A DNA stretch of 64,000 bases from Candidatus Dojkabacteria bacterium (GCA_046753765.1 JBHHUN010000006.1:130-64129), one strand, 5' to 3'; numbered from the stretch's first letter, positions 10,503-20,242 are shown. A program made the numbers and translations. The notes: generated by a model not told the origin, from the letters alone.

Positions 10503-10730
10503 CTTTCTTAGTTTTCTTTGTTCCAACCCCGTCTTCACTTACTAGGCAAGTGATCTAGCAGTTCCCCCTTGTGGGTGATAGCATCCGGCTGCGTACCGTC
10601 GAAAACGCCTATAGATTAATGCATACAAAGGAGACCTTCCAAACTAAAGTAAGTTATATTTACGGTTTTGAGATAGGAGGACTCTATTAAGAATGTAACC
10701 GTCCGATCACCCTATATATTAGGCGAATAC

Positions 10731-10760
10731 TTGACATTTTGAGTGTCCAGACCCTATACT
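10731..10760 (+). promoter_or_regulatory. Sigma70-type promoter of the HU gene
   Basis: TTGACA (10731-10736), 18-nt spacer, TATACT (10755-10760). Confidence 0.7.
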
Positions 10761-10812
10761 GAAGCGTTTCCAATATTCTTGAAAAATCCAATAAAGAAAG
10801 GGGGTGTTAAAC

Positions 10813-11088
10813 ATGAACAAAAGTACACTTGTAGACTTTATTGCTAGCAAGACTGGACTTACCAAGAAAGCTGCAGCCGACGCGCTGGAAGCATTCATGG
10901 AAGCAGTTATGAGCAATGTTGCAAAGGGTGATTCAGTTACCCTAACAGGCTTCGGTACCTTCAGATCTAGCGCTAGAGCAGCCAGGACCGGACGTAACCC
11001 ACAGACCGGTGAGACAATCAAAATTCCAGCAAGGACAGTTCCAGTATTCAGACCAGGTAAAGAGTTTAAGGATATGGTAAGAGGCTAA
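10813..11088 (+). CDS. hup: DNA-binding protein HU
   Basis: MNKSTLV...GFGTF...RTGRNPQTGETIKIPA...VFRPGK; SD-like AGGGGG upstream. Confidence 0.96.
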   Translation: MNKSTLVDFIASKTGLTKKAAADALEAFMEAVMSNVAKGDSVTLTGFGTFRSSARAARTGRNPQTGETIKIPARTVPVFRPGKEFKDMVRG

Positions 11089-11114
11089 TCTTGTGGTAAA
11101 ACATGAAGTTTAAG

Positions 11115-11141
11115 AAAACCCTGCACGTTCGCAGGGTTTTT
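11115..11141 (+). terminator. Intrinsic terminator after hup
   Basis: AAAACCCTGC-ACGTTC-GCAGGGTTTTT. Confidence 0.85.
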
Positions 11142-11163
11142 CGTTTTACGCTATATTGTGTGC

Positions 11164-12396
11164 ATGAGAAAGTTCTTTACGAAACCGGGGAGCAGGAAGA
11201 TTTACTTCTTTCTATTGGTAGTTTTCCTCTGGATTGCAGCTGACACAATATTTGCCTATACACTTCCAGTCATTGTTGAAGATCGCTTTGATGACCTTGC
11301 GTTGGTCGGACTCTTGATAAGTCTTGGTGCAGTAGTAGGGATTGTAGTGGATCTTCTGGCAGGCTCGAAGCTTGTAGGGAGTAACTACTCCTTTTTTATT
11401 ATCTCGGGACTTGTAACAAGCTTGCTTGTTGCGGTTTTGTATAGGTTTGAGCACCCCGTCTTCTCTGTCCTTATGATTTTCACTGGAGGAGTTTACTCAG
11501 AGCTTCTAAATTTTGGTAGAGAGGGATTCTTATCAAAGGAATTTAAGAAAGAGGAGCACACAAAGATGGCAGGACTACTGGTGATGGTTGGATCCGTTGC
11601 TGCGCTTGGTGTTCCGCTATTCGTTACAGACGCAATTGAGAAGGCCAGCTTTCACGTGCCTTTTATTATGTTTGCCGTGTTAATGCTTCTCGCACTTGTT
11701 ACCTTCGTCTTTCTCAAGCCCAAACCCGAAGAACAGAAGAAAGTGAAGTTTCTCCATCCGATATCTATTGTTACTGAACTTAAAATCTGGGAGAAGCTTT
11801 CAGAAAAAACGGCATATATCTTAGTAATGATGATAATGGTATCAGTAATTGATGCTGTTTTCTGGACCACAGGTGCACTGTTAGCCATAGAGCTGATCTC
11901 GCAAAATGAAGCTGCGAAGTTCCTCATCCCTGTATTTATTCTTCCTGGATTGTTCGCTCCTTTTTACACTCCAAAGCTTTCAAAGCTGTTTGGAGAGAAG
12001 AGGGCGCTCATACTCTCGTTTATGTTGATGGGGGGATTTCTGATCGGATTTAACTTCACTGATAATGTGTTTGTAATTCTTATCTTGACAGCGCTTAGCA
12101 GCACCTTTATTTCATCCACGTACACGCTTATTGAAGGGACTCTCGCTCACCTGATAAACAGGCTCAGGGAGGATGGGAACCATATGATCAGCCTTCGGGG
12201 GATGACAGCTGACATTGGATACATCATTGGCCCCATACTTGCAGGACTGATCGCAAGCCAGTTAGGGCTGAAGGAGGGATACGTTGTAATCGGTATCCTC
12301 ATTGTATTAATTGGTATTGTCTTGATGATCTTTACCCAACGCGACATCCGTCTTCCACGCAAGGAGATTGATTGTCTCGAGAATGAAGCCGGGTAG
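11164..12396 (+). CDS. MFS transporter
   Basis: About 12 hydrophobic segments; LSKLFGEKR motif-A-like loop; DIGYIIGPILAG. Confidence 0.85.
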   Translation: MRKFFTKPGSRKIYFFLLVVFLWIAADTIFAYTLPVIVEDRFDDLALVGLLISLGAVVGIVVDLLAGSKLVGSNYSFFIISGLVTSLLVAVLYRFEHPVFSVLMIFTGGVYSELLNFGREGFLSKEFKKEEHTKMAGLLVMVGSVAALGVPLFVTDAIEKASFHVPFIMFAVLMLLALVTFVFLKPKPEEQKKVKFLHPISIVTELKIWEKLSEKTAYILVMMIMVSVIDAVFWTTGALLAIELISQNEAAKFLIPVFILPGLFAPFYTPKLSKLFGEKRALILSFMLMGGFLIGFNFTDNVFVILILTALSSTFISSTYTLIEGTLAHLINRLREDGNHMISLRGMTADIGYIIGPILAGLIASQLGLKEGYVVIGILIVLIGIVLMIFTQRDIRLPRKEIDCLENEAG

Positions 12397-12423
12397 CCTT
12401 GTGGGTGATATAATTGTTGGCCC

Positions 12424-13494
12424 ATGAAGATTCTCAAACTCACGCCAAAATCCGAAGATGATGTGCTAACAGAGGCACTGAAAGTTCTCCATAGAGGAGG
12501 ATTGATTGTGTTTCCCACCGAGACGGCTTATGGTGCTGGTGTGCTTGCAACATCCAGGGGAGGGGTATCAAAGCTTCTGGATTTCAAAAGGCGTCCCCCT
12601 GGAAAGGCTATCTCTGTTGCTGTTTCAACCGAAAAGATGGCTGGTGAGTATGTTAAGTTAAACAGCGAGGCAAAGGAGATATACAAGAAGTTTTTGCCCG
12701 GCCCGGTGACAGTTATCTCCAAAAACAGAGGGGTTGTTGATGTCAGGCTCATTTCTGAGCGAAAGACACTGGGGATCCGCATCCCTGACCATGATTTTGT
12801 ATTGAGGCTAATTCGTAAACTGGGGGAGGGGATCACTGCAACCTCTGCGAACACTCACGGAAGAAAAACGCCGTATAGTATTGAAGATATTCTTAATAAT
12901 ACTTCTAAAAAGCAGCAGAAACTGATTGACCTCATTATCGATGCCGGAGAGCTTGAAAAGACCCCGACATCAACAGTAATTGATACCACAAGGCATGGCA
13001 TGCAGGTCATCCGATCAGGTGGGGTAGATATCGGAAATCTGGTTTACCAAAAGAAGATCGATTCGGGGGGAGAGATGCAGCTTGAGGGGGAGAAGTTGGT
13101 GAAAAGCAAGATTTTGGAGATAAAAAGGAAAAGTTTGATAGTGCTTTTTAACGGCGAGCTCGGGACAGGGAAAACTCAATTTACAAAAGGTGTCGCCAAG
13201 GGACTTGGAATTAGTGAGATAGTGAATTCTCCTACGTATTCCATAATTAATGAATATGAGTACTCAGGTGGGATACTTGTGCATATGGATGCGTGGAGAC
13301 TTGAGAGCTTTGAAGAGTTTTTGCAGTTGGATATTGCAAGCTATATTAAACCGGGGAATGTGATTGCAGTGGAATGGTCTGGTTCGACTGAAGAGTTTTT
13401 CAAGAAATATAGGGAAGATGAAAAGGTCGATCTGGTTGAGGTTGAGATTAGTTATATCTCGGAAAGTGAGAGAGAGCTTTTAATTTTTGATTGA
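12424..13494 (+). CDS. tsaC-tsaE: Fused TsaC (YrdC/Sua5) and TsaE t6A biosynthesis protein
   Basis: N-terminus has FPTETAYG, KRRPPGK, PGPVT, GIRIPD, TATSAN. C-terminus has GELGTGKT, NSPTYSIINEY, HMDAWRL, VEW. Confidence 0.9.
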   Translation: MKILKLTPKSEDDVLTEALKVLHRGGLIVFPTETAYGAGVLATSRGGVSKLLDFKRRPPGKAISVAVSTEKMAGEYVKLNSEAKEIYKKFLPGPVTVISKNRGVVDVRLISERKTLGIRIPDHDFVLRLIRKLGEGITATSANTHGRKTPYSIEDILNNTSKKQQKLIDLIIDAGELEKTPTSTVIDTTRHGMQVIRSGGVDIGNLVYQKKIDSGGEMQLEGEKLVKSKILEIKRKSLIVLFNGELGTGKTQFTKGVAKGLGISEIVNSPTYSIINEYEYSGGILVHMDAWRLESFEEFLQLDIASYIKPGNVIAVEWSGSTEEFFKKYREDEKVDLVEVEISYISESERELLIFD

Positions 13495-13529
13495 TTATGT
13501 CGTTTTGACTGAGGGTTTTACCTTGTGAG

Positions 13530-14651
13530 GTGGCAATAAATTCGATGAACAGTGAACTCGGAAAACTGATAGTTTTGGCGATTGATACATCCTGTGATGA
13601 TACTTCTGTCGCAGTTGTACAGGGTGCGCGTGTGCTTTCTAATGTCATCTCTTCGCAGGATGAGATCCATGGAGAGTGGGGTGGGGTAGTACCAGATTTA
13701 GCCAGAAGAGCTCACAACGAGAGGATTGATGCAGTGATCGAGCAGGCGCTGACGAGAGCCTCACGTAATTCGGGAGAGAAGATAAATTTCGAAACCATTG
13801 ATGCTATTGCTGCTACATACGGTCCCGGTCTGGCGATAGCTCTTGAGGTGGGGTTAAAGAAAGCACAGGCACTTGCTAGCGAGCATGGATTGCCCTTTGT
13901 AGCAGTTAACCACATGGAAGGGCATCTCCTGTCTGCGCTTGCACAAAACTCCAGGGGTAGTGGCCAAATTAGGGTAGAGGACCTTAGATTTCCGCTCCTT
14001 GGACTGCTGATTTCAGGGGGGCATACGGAGATCGTTTTGATGAAGAGTTTTGGCGACTATGAAATTGTTGCTCAGACTCTAGATGACGCTGTTGGTGAGG
14101 CTTACGATAAGGTTGCGAGGATGCTGGGGTTGGGGTACCCCGGTGGTAAAGTGCTTAGTGAGATGGCCAAGCTAGTTTCAGAGAAACTAGCTCGGCCAGA
14201 CGAGATGTATGCTCTTCCTATTCCTCTCAACAATGACGACAGGCTTGCGTTCAGCTACTCGGGGCTTAAAACGGCAGTGTATTACAAAGTGAAGCAGCTT
14301 AAGGAGAGTGCGGGAGGGCTTACAAAAAAACAGATCCACAACTTTGCAGCGTCATTTGAAAAGGCAGCAATCAGTCATCTACAGCAAAAGCTTTCAATGG
14401 CGATTGAGAAGTTTCAGCCAAAGATGATCCTGGTTGGAGGGGGCGTTGCTTCAAGTGCTAAGGTGAGGGCTGGTCTTAGAAAGGTCGCCAAAAACCTCGA
14501 GCTGCCGATATTCTTCCCTTCAAACAACAAATTGTATGTAGATAATGCTGCGATGATAGGTGTTGCTGGCTACTTCAAATTAGTAAGAGGAGAGCTTGCG
14601 CGCTCCAGTATCGATCGTGATCCGCGGGCTTCGATCTCAAAAGCGGCTTAG
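13530..14651 (+). CDS. tsaD: tRNA N6-threonylcarbamoyltransferase TsaD
   Basis: IDTSCDDT, GGVVPD, NHMEGH, ISGGHT, DDAVGEAYDK, FSYSGLKT, DNAAMI. Confidence 0.96.
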   Translation: MAINSMNSELGKLIVLAIDTSCDDTSVAVVQGARVLSNVISSQDEIHGEWGGVVPDLARRAHNERIDAVIEQALTRASRNSGEKINFETIDAIAATYGPGLAIALEVGLKKAQALASEHGLPFVAVNHMEGHLLSALAQNSRGSGQIRVEDLRFPLLGLLISGGHTEIVLMKSFGDYEIVAQTLDDAVGEAYDKVARMLGLGYPGGKVLSEMAKLVSEKLARPDEMYALPIPLNNDDRLAFSYSGLKTAVYYKVKQLKESAGGLTKKQIHNFAASFEKAAISHLQQKLSMAIEKFQPKMILVGGGVASSAKVRAGLRKVAKNLELPIFFPSNNKLYVDNAAMIGVAGYFKLVRGELARSSIDRDPRASISKAA

Positions 14652-15136
14652 AGCAGCTAGTTGTTTGGGTTTATCTGAATATGGCTTCTTATTATAGTAT
14701 CCTATTATTCGGACAAAGCCGGCTACACCTGGTAGGTAGGTGTTTATGTTGGCGGTTATTGGCGCCATATGAGTGTTTGTGATTTCGAGAAAACAGCATT
14801 TTATGGTATATTTATATAGTGACTAAATACATAAATATATGCTCTTTAAATGGGAATAATAGATGAATATAGGTCTCTGCACAGTTTTGCAGCATCGTGT
14901 ATTTATCCCCACACAAGTATGATCCGCAGCGCTTAGTGGTGCTCTTAAGGCTTTGCCTTAATGGCGTCACTGAGATATGCGCGTATGCGTTATCTTTATC
15001 CACCTGTTTAATTGGGTGGAGATCTTTAACAAGGGAATAGTATTCAAATAGGTTCCCCGTATCATGATATTCACCTTTTGGTGTTATCAGTAGACGGGGA
15101 ATCTCGTCTTGACAGTTACATAAAGGAGCAGGAATC

Positions 15137-15967
15137 ATGGGTAACGACGCAATTAGGAGAATGGACAGGGTAGTCCATCGCTGGGTATATCTTGGCGTGC
15201 TCGCCATCGTCGTCGTTGTTGGCATTGTTGCTATGGTTCAACATGAGCGTGGCCTTCAACAGGTTCGAGAGTGTGAAGAGCTTCTCAACACCAGGTTTTA
15301 CGGGTACATAGTAGAGGCTCGAGGGGAATGCAGTTCGCACCCCAACCTCTCTGAGGTTGCTGGAGCATTAGGTCTCCAACTTCGAGAGTTGCAGGAGAGG
15401 GTATCAAATACCATACACTCAGTCGAAACCAATGAGGTCGGCCCTGTTCAGGTGGTAGTGCCGTTAAATAAAGAGTCGGTTCACTTCTGGATCGAGTTCG
15501 TTCGCTCCTTCGATGGCGCTTTGAGTGTTCTAGGGCCAATAGAGCTGCCAGAAGGATGCCCGCCAGCGATTGAACTGGATGAAGGCATGGTCATAATCAC
15601 GCACAAGCTGGGCTGTTTTTCGCCCATTATCGTGCCGGAACAGGAGGGCTACCACGTCGTAGGCCTTATCCCGCTCGGAGACGAACAGGTGCAGGCTCGA
15701 AACTTGAGTACTGGTAGTATCCTCGCTATGGATCAAGTCCTCACTGTTGGTCAACTCCATGGTGAATGGATACTCGAACCGACTGGGGAACAGGAAGTCC
15801 TTGAGGCATTATTCTTTGTCTCGGAGAACTTGGATTTTGAGAACATGTCCGCAGAGTATACTGCGTGCATGATGCTTCTTGAGTTTCAAGCAACTGATAG
15901 GTGTTCGGTTTATCCGACCCTTCAGCCTCCCAACGACCTACCGACGGCTACTTCAGAACCGGAGTAG
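15137..15967 (+). CDS. Hypothetical membrane-anchored protein
   Basis: 276-aa ORF with AAAGGAG SD and an N-terminal TM; no family recognised. Confidence 0.6.
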   Translation: MGNDAIRRMDRVVHRWVYLGVLAIVVVVGIVAMVQHERGLQQVRECEELLNTRFYGYIVEARGECSSHPNLSEVAGALGLQLRELQERVSNTIHSVETNEVGPVQVVVPLNKESVHFWIEFVRSFDGALSVLGPIELPEGCPPAIELDEGMVIITHKLGCFSPIIVPEQEGYHVVGLIPLGDEQVQARNLSTGSILAMDQVLTVGQLHGEWILEPTGEQEVLEALFFVSENLDFENMSAEYTACMMLLEFQATDRCSVYPTLQPPNDLPTATSEPE

Positions 15968-16099
15968 CCCGCTGTCATCAAAGCAAAGGGAAAAGTCTTC
16001 ATGTTTCATACTGAGGACTTCGGGTTTACGCCCAATTGGCTCACGCCAATCCCCTCAGTTAGAATGCTATTCCCCTTTGTTTTTTCCTGATAATTACTA

Positions 16100-17464
16100 T
16101 TAAGGAGTGAGTGTATTGGTGGCGTGTCTGAATGCATTTACAACAACATTCAGCATACCGTCCGGCTGTGGTAGTCTACCACTTAGAACATCAGCGTAAT
16201 CTACAGCTGCCGCTTCATAGATTTTTGGTGTTAGTGAGGCCAGAATTATAGCCTTTTGAAGCTCTCCAAGGTCTTTATACTCTGCGACCAACTTACCTCT
16301 CCTCCGACTTATCCTGCCTCCAAGACCTTGTTGACGAAGTCCGTTTGCCGAGAGCGCAGGAGCAATAGATCTGTTTTGTGCAGCAATGAACTGAGTTGCT
16401 TTCCTTTGAGCATCAGGTGTTGAAAGTACATGAGCGACTACTTCTGGAGTCAGCAACATAGCTCCAGTACTACCAGTTTGGCCTGCACTGAAGTTGTCGT
16501 CCATTTGTCCAAACGCGTTTTGTAGAGAATTCTTTGCGGATCGTAACCTAAAACCAAATATACCCTTTGGTGTCCTGGCGGGCGAAGTTGCGTCAGCAGC
16601 GGGTATCAATTGCTCAAAAGCACCACCTGTTTGTATATCTCGATCTACTTGGTTTAAGAAGGCCACAGCAGCTGAAAATCCAAAAGCACTCAACACATTT
16701 CTGAAGGGTCCATTATATCTATGTACGTCAGATCCAAACATGCCAAGAGTGAAAGCTTCAGAGCAAGGGTTGTCGGTATCGTTTGAATCTAATACATTGC
16801 CAAGCAATGCATGGGCATAAAGCCCAGGCATACGGCCTGTGTCGACAGGAGCACATTTATTGAAGATAGGGGCTGTGTTTACCAATTGGTTTACCGCTGC
16901 ATTGGATTCCGTGAGTTCTCCCCTGAAACTTTTATAGTAGCCTAGAGCTATTGCGAGCTTGATAGTGTTTTCATACGTTGGAGCTTGCCCTGTCTCTATT
17001 GCTGTTAACTCTGTCTGCGTCTGCCTTAGAATATAGTTAGTGACTGTAGGAATCCTAAAGGCTAAGTTCCTGTATATCGTAAGTTCGGCGGCAGTAATCC
17101 ACGCCTGCCACATTCCTGCACCCTGTTGATATGCCTGAAGTTTGGACAGGTTCTCTATAGCACCTGCTTCATCAAAATCACCGTGCCTTTCCAGATGTCG
17201 TTGAGCTGCTAATCGAGCTTGAAAGCCAATATCCTCCTTTTTCTGCAGTTCATGCACCGCCTCCAGAGGAATATGCTGTGAGAAGACAAGCTGTGTTGCA
17301 ACTTCAAGATCCCATGTACCGATACCTTCAGTTCCTGTAAGAAGCCCAACTTGTTTCTCACGTTGCAAATCCGTAGCAGCATCCAGTGCCTCCGGAAACG
17401 CCGTTGATTCACGAGCGTCTGTAAGGACAGCCAATTCATGTCTTCTTCCTCGTAAAAGATCCAT
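16100..17464 (-). CDS. Hypothetical protein
   Basis: 454-aa Ala-rich ORF; no family recognised. Confidence 0.6.
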   Translation of the reverse strand: MDLLRGRRHELAVLTDARESTAFPEALDAATDLQREKQVGLLTGTEGIGTWDLEVATQLVFSQHIPLEAVHELQKKEDIGFQARLAAQRHLERHGDFDEAGAIENLSKLQAYQQGAGMWQAWITAAELTIYRNLAFRIPTVTNYILRQTQTELTAIETGQAPTYENTIKLAIALGYYKSFRGELTESNAAVNQLVNTAPIFNKCAPVDTGRMPGLYAHALLGNVLDSNDTDNPCSEAFTLGMFGSDVHRYNGPFRNVLSAFGFSAAVAFLNQVDRDIQTGGAFEQLIPAADATSPARTPKGIFGFRLRSAKNSLQNAFGQMDDNFSAGQTGSTGAMLLTPEVVAHVLSTPDAQRKATQFIAAQNRSIAPALSANGLRQQGLGGRISRRRGKLVAEYKDLGELQKAIILASLTPKIYEAAAVDYADVLSGRLPQPDGMLNVVVNAFRHATNTLTP

Positions 17465-17565
17465 AATGAAACAGTTCTTAAATCTAAAGATATATGACCG
17501 GATTATATAGGCGGTGTATATGTTTTGTCAACTTGAGGTGTAACCAAAGTCTTGTTTAAGTAGAG

Positions 17566-18945
17566 CTACCTCCCCACAAACTCCCTCCCCATAAACGACC
17601 TCAAAACCTCAGGTACCTTTATCGTTCCATCTGACTGCTGATAGTTGTCCATTATTGAGATTAGCATTCTACCCATAGCGACACCCGTGTCGTTTACTGT
17701 GTGCACATATCGTTTCTTCCCATCCTGCGTCTTATACTTAATATTCATCCGTCGGGCCTGAAAATCGGTGGCATTTGTATCTGTCATGACCTCTATAAAC
17801 TCACCTTGCCCGGCAAGCCATACCTCGGGGTCAACCTGTTTGGCACTGGCGTGGTAACCGGCGTCTCCTGTACATTTAAGTGCGAGTTGGTAGGGGAGCT
17901 TAAGCTCCTGTAACAACCATTCGTTAATCCCAAGCAGCTCATCAAATACCTCGCCGGATTTTTCCGGTGTGGAGACAACATTCATCTCAATCTTGTCAAA
18001 CTGATGCAACCGTTTTATTCCCTTTGTATCTTTTCCCCACGATCCTGCCTCTGACCTGAAGCATGATGTATAAGCAAACAGTTTTATGGGAAGCTCGCTC
18101 TCATCGAGCACTTTGTCCATATAGTAAGAGAAATTCGCTGGCTCACTGGATCCAAGTAAATACAACTGCTGTCCCTCTTCAACAAACTCAGTATCAATTC
18201 TGTATATCTGATCTCGACCCTCTGGAATGTGAGTGGACCCGTAAAGTGCAGGCTCTCTTACTAAAAGAGGAGGGATTATCTGCCTAAATCCTGATGCAAG
18301 CAGCTTATCAAAAAACATCCTCTGAATTGCAAACTGCATGAGAGCAAGATCCCCCAACAGGTAAGTGAATCGCGTCCCTGAGACCTTTGCTGCCTGCTTG
18401 TTATCAATCACTCCTAGGGCCTCTCCAAGATCAAGGTGATGACGGGGCTTATAATCCTGCTTGTCTGCGTGCAGTGGAAAGCGTGGCATGTCGTCTTCGC
18501 TGTTGCCTCTCGCCTTGAGTCCTTCCAGCCTCTCAAGATACCCATTGTCAGGTGTCCAGGCTCTTAGAATTAAATTGTCTTCCTCCCCAGCACCCTCAGG
18601 CATATCACCAAGCGGCATGTTTGGAACCCAATCCAAAATCTCCTGCCACTCCTTCACTATGTCGTCAAGCTCAGCAGCAAGCTTCTGCGAACGCTCCTTA
18701 ACCTCCCGCCCCATAGCCCTGACCTTCTCAATATCTCCACCTTCTTTGCCAATCTTAGCCAGCTCATTTTTCTCGCGGTTAAGCTCATCCTGCGCCGAAA
18801 GAAGCTCACGCCTTTTAGCGTCAAGTTCCAGCCAGCGATCAATATCTGCCTTTTCAGGATCGGATCTTCCGCTCGCTATTACGCGCTTAACCTCATCTGC
18901 ATTGTTTCTTATAAAATCTGAATCCAACATGACTGATAAGTTCAA
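17566..18945 (-). CDS. serS: Serine--tRNA ligase
   Basis: MLDSDFIR N-terminus (start probably 18930), coiled-coil arm, FRSEAGS...RLHQFDKIE, FQARR, HTVNDTG. Confidence 0.97.
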   Translation of the reverse strand: MNLSVMLDSDFIRNNADEVKRVIASGRSDPEKADIDRWLELDAKRRELLSAQDELNREKNELAKIGKEGGDIEKVRAMGREVKERSQKLAAELDDIVKEWQEILDWVPNMPLGDMPEGAGEEDNLILRAWTPDNGYLERLEGLKARGNSEDDMPRFPLHADKQDYKPRHHLDLGEALGVIDNKQAAKVSGTRFTYLLGDLALMQFAIQRMFFDKLLASGFRQIIPPLLVREPALYGSTHIPEGRDQIYRIDTEFVEEGQQLYLLGSSEPANFSYYMDKVLDESELPIKLFAYTSCFRSEAGSWGKDTKGIKRLHQFDKIEMNVVSTPEKSGEVFDELLGINEWLLQELKLPYQLALKCTGDAGYHASAKQVDPEVWLAGQGEFIEVMTDTNATDFQARRMNIKYKTQDGKKRYVHTVNDTGVAMGRMLISIMDNYQQSDGTIKVPEVLRSFMGREFVGR

Positions 18946-18971
18946 AGATTAAAACTCTAGACTTCTTAAAC

Positions 18972-19185
18972 AAAAAAAGTCCCTATATCTATCTCCGTTC
19001 AGAAACAGATACAAGGACTCTTTCGAGTGGTGCCACCTTTGTTCCGAGCTGATTAAGTGTAACCGGCTCGGCGCTTTACAATACATTATTCAGTTGTCTG
19101 GAATAAACTCTCCACAGGCTTTCTCATTAGTTTGGTTCGCGTACATTTTGGACTTTTAGTAAGCCTTTTCTGTAGAGAAGAGCTT
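18972..19185 (-). promoter_or_regulatory. T-box riboswitch leader of serS with intrinsic terminator
   Basis: Antiterminator AAGG-UGGCACC-ACUC-GAAA-GAGU-CCUU (bulge 19029-19035); overlapping terminator 18979-19018 plus U7; Stem III 19044-19071; candidate promoter TTGACT-N18-TAATAT at 19192-19221. Confidence 0.85.
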
Positions 19186-19253
19186 AGGTGAATATTACAT
19201 TAATGACCCCAAAATAGTCAATGGCAAATGCGGTTAACTTGGTGAGATTAGGA

Positions 19254-20027
19254 TCAGTCTGACCATAGAACATCGAGGAATATTGAGGTGTTGTCTCGAA
19301 GCTGCAGGTATAGAGAGGTTCCTGTTTCTAGGCCGAATTCATCCAGGAAAGCATTTGGTTTTATACGTCTGATCTGTGGCACCTCCCTGTAAACAGGGTT
19401 TTTTACAATCTCCTGACGCGCATTTTTTCGAATACAATAGTATGCCAAGCCTTTCTCTTTTTTGAGGATCGAATAGTCCACGACGCCGTTCCCTCGGTGG
19501 ATTCTTACGAAAACAACTGGGTCAACCTCTGTATTAATGAAGGTATAAAAATATCCCTGCGGAACAGCCAGTTTTTCACCCTTTGAGAGCTTTACAATGA
19601 GCCCTTCCTCAACTGCCGTGTGAATATCAAACTCCTCCCTGGGGAGGTTTCTTTGCATGATTACTGTGAGGTTTCCGTGGTGTACCTCAATTACTGTGGA
19701 GCACTTTCCTCCCTCTTTGTCATTAGGGGAGAAATATATATGTGATTTGATGTACTCAACTCCGAGTAGTCCTGCGGGGATACATATGATATCGAAATAC
19801 AGACCTTTTTCGGGGATTCCATTGTCTTCGATATGGAAAACCTGTACATGTTCCTCATACACCATTTCGGGATAGTGAAGCGATTTGTTAAGCAGGGCAG
19901 GGGAGAGGTTTTTGAGTAGTATCCGTTTTGATTTTTTTTGGGTAACGTCATTACTGAATACGAGGCTATTGTTGTTTGGATCAAAGCCTATGTCTAGACA
20001 GCACGTATCAGATAAGTCCACCATCAC
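19254..20027 (-). CDS. Cupin-type (archaeal) glucose-6-phosphate isomerase homolog with degenerate metal ligands
   Basis: LYFDIICIPAGLLGVEYIKS, VPQGYFYTFINT, DYSILKKEKGLAYY, VKNPVY match the cupin PGI layout. Confidence 0.7.
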   Translation of the reverse strand: MMVDLSDTCCLDIGFDPNNNSLVFSNDVTQKKSKRILLKNLSPALLNKSLHYPEMVYEEHVQVFHIEDNGIPEKGLYFDIICIPAGLLGVEYIKSHIYFSPNDKEGGKCSTVIEVHHGNLTVIMQRNLPREEFDIHTAVEEGLIVKLSKGEKLAVPQGYFYTFINTEVDPVVFVRIHRGNGVVDYSILKKEKGLAYYCIRKNARQEIVKNPVYREVPQIRRIKPNAFLDEFGLETGTSLYLQLRDNTSIFLDVLWSD

Positions 20028-20242
20028 TTAAACGGTTTGTTAAGAGGAGAGTAAAGATTAGATTATTATACGCATCTAAAAATTTTTTTGTCAACTTAAA
20101 ACTGTATATGGTTCGTAGACAGCGTTTGCCAGAGGAGTATACTGTTGATCATCTTATCTATTATATTGCTCAGATGACATATAAAAGAGCAATATGGATA
20201 ATCACAGTGATCTCGATTGCGGGAGATGAGGCGATCAGCTGG

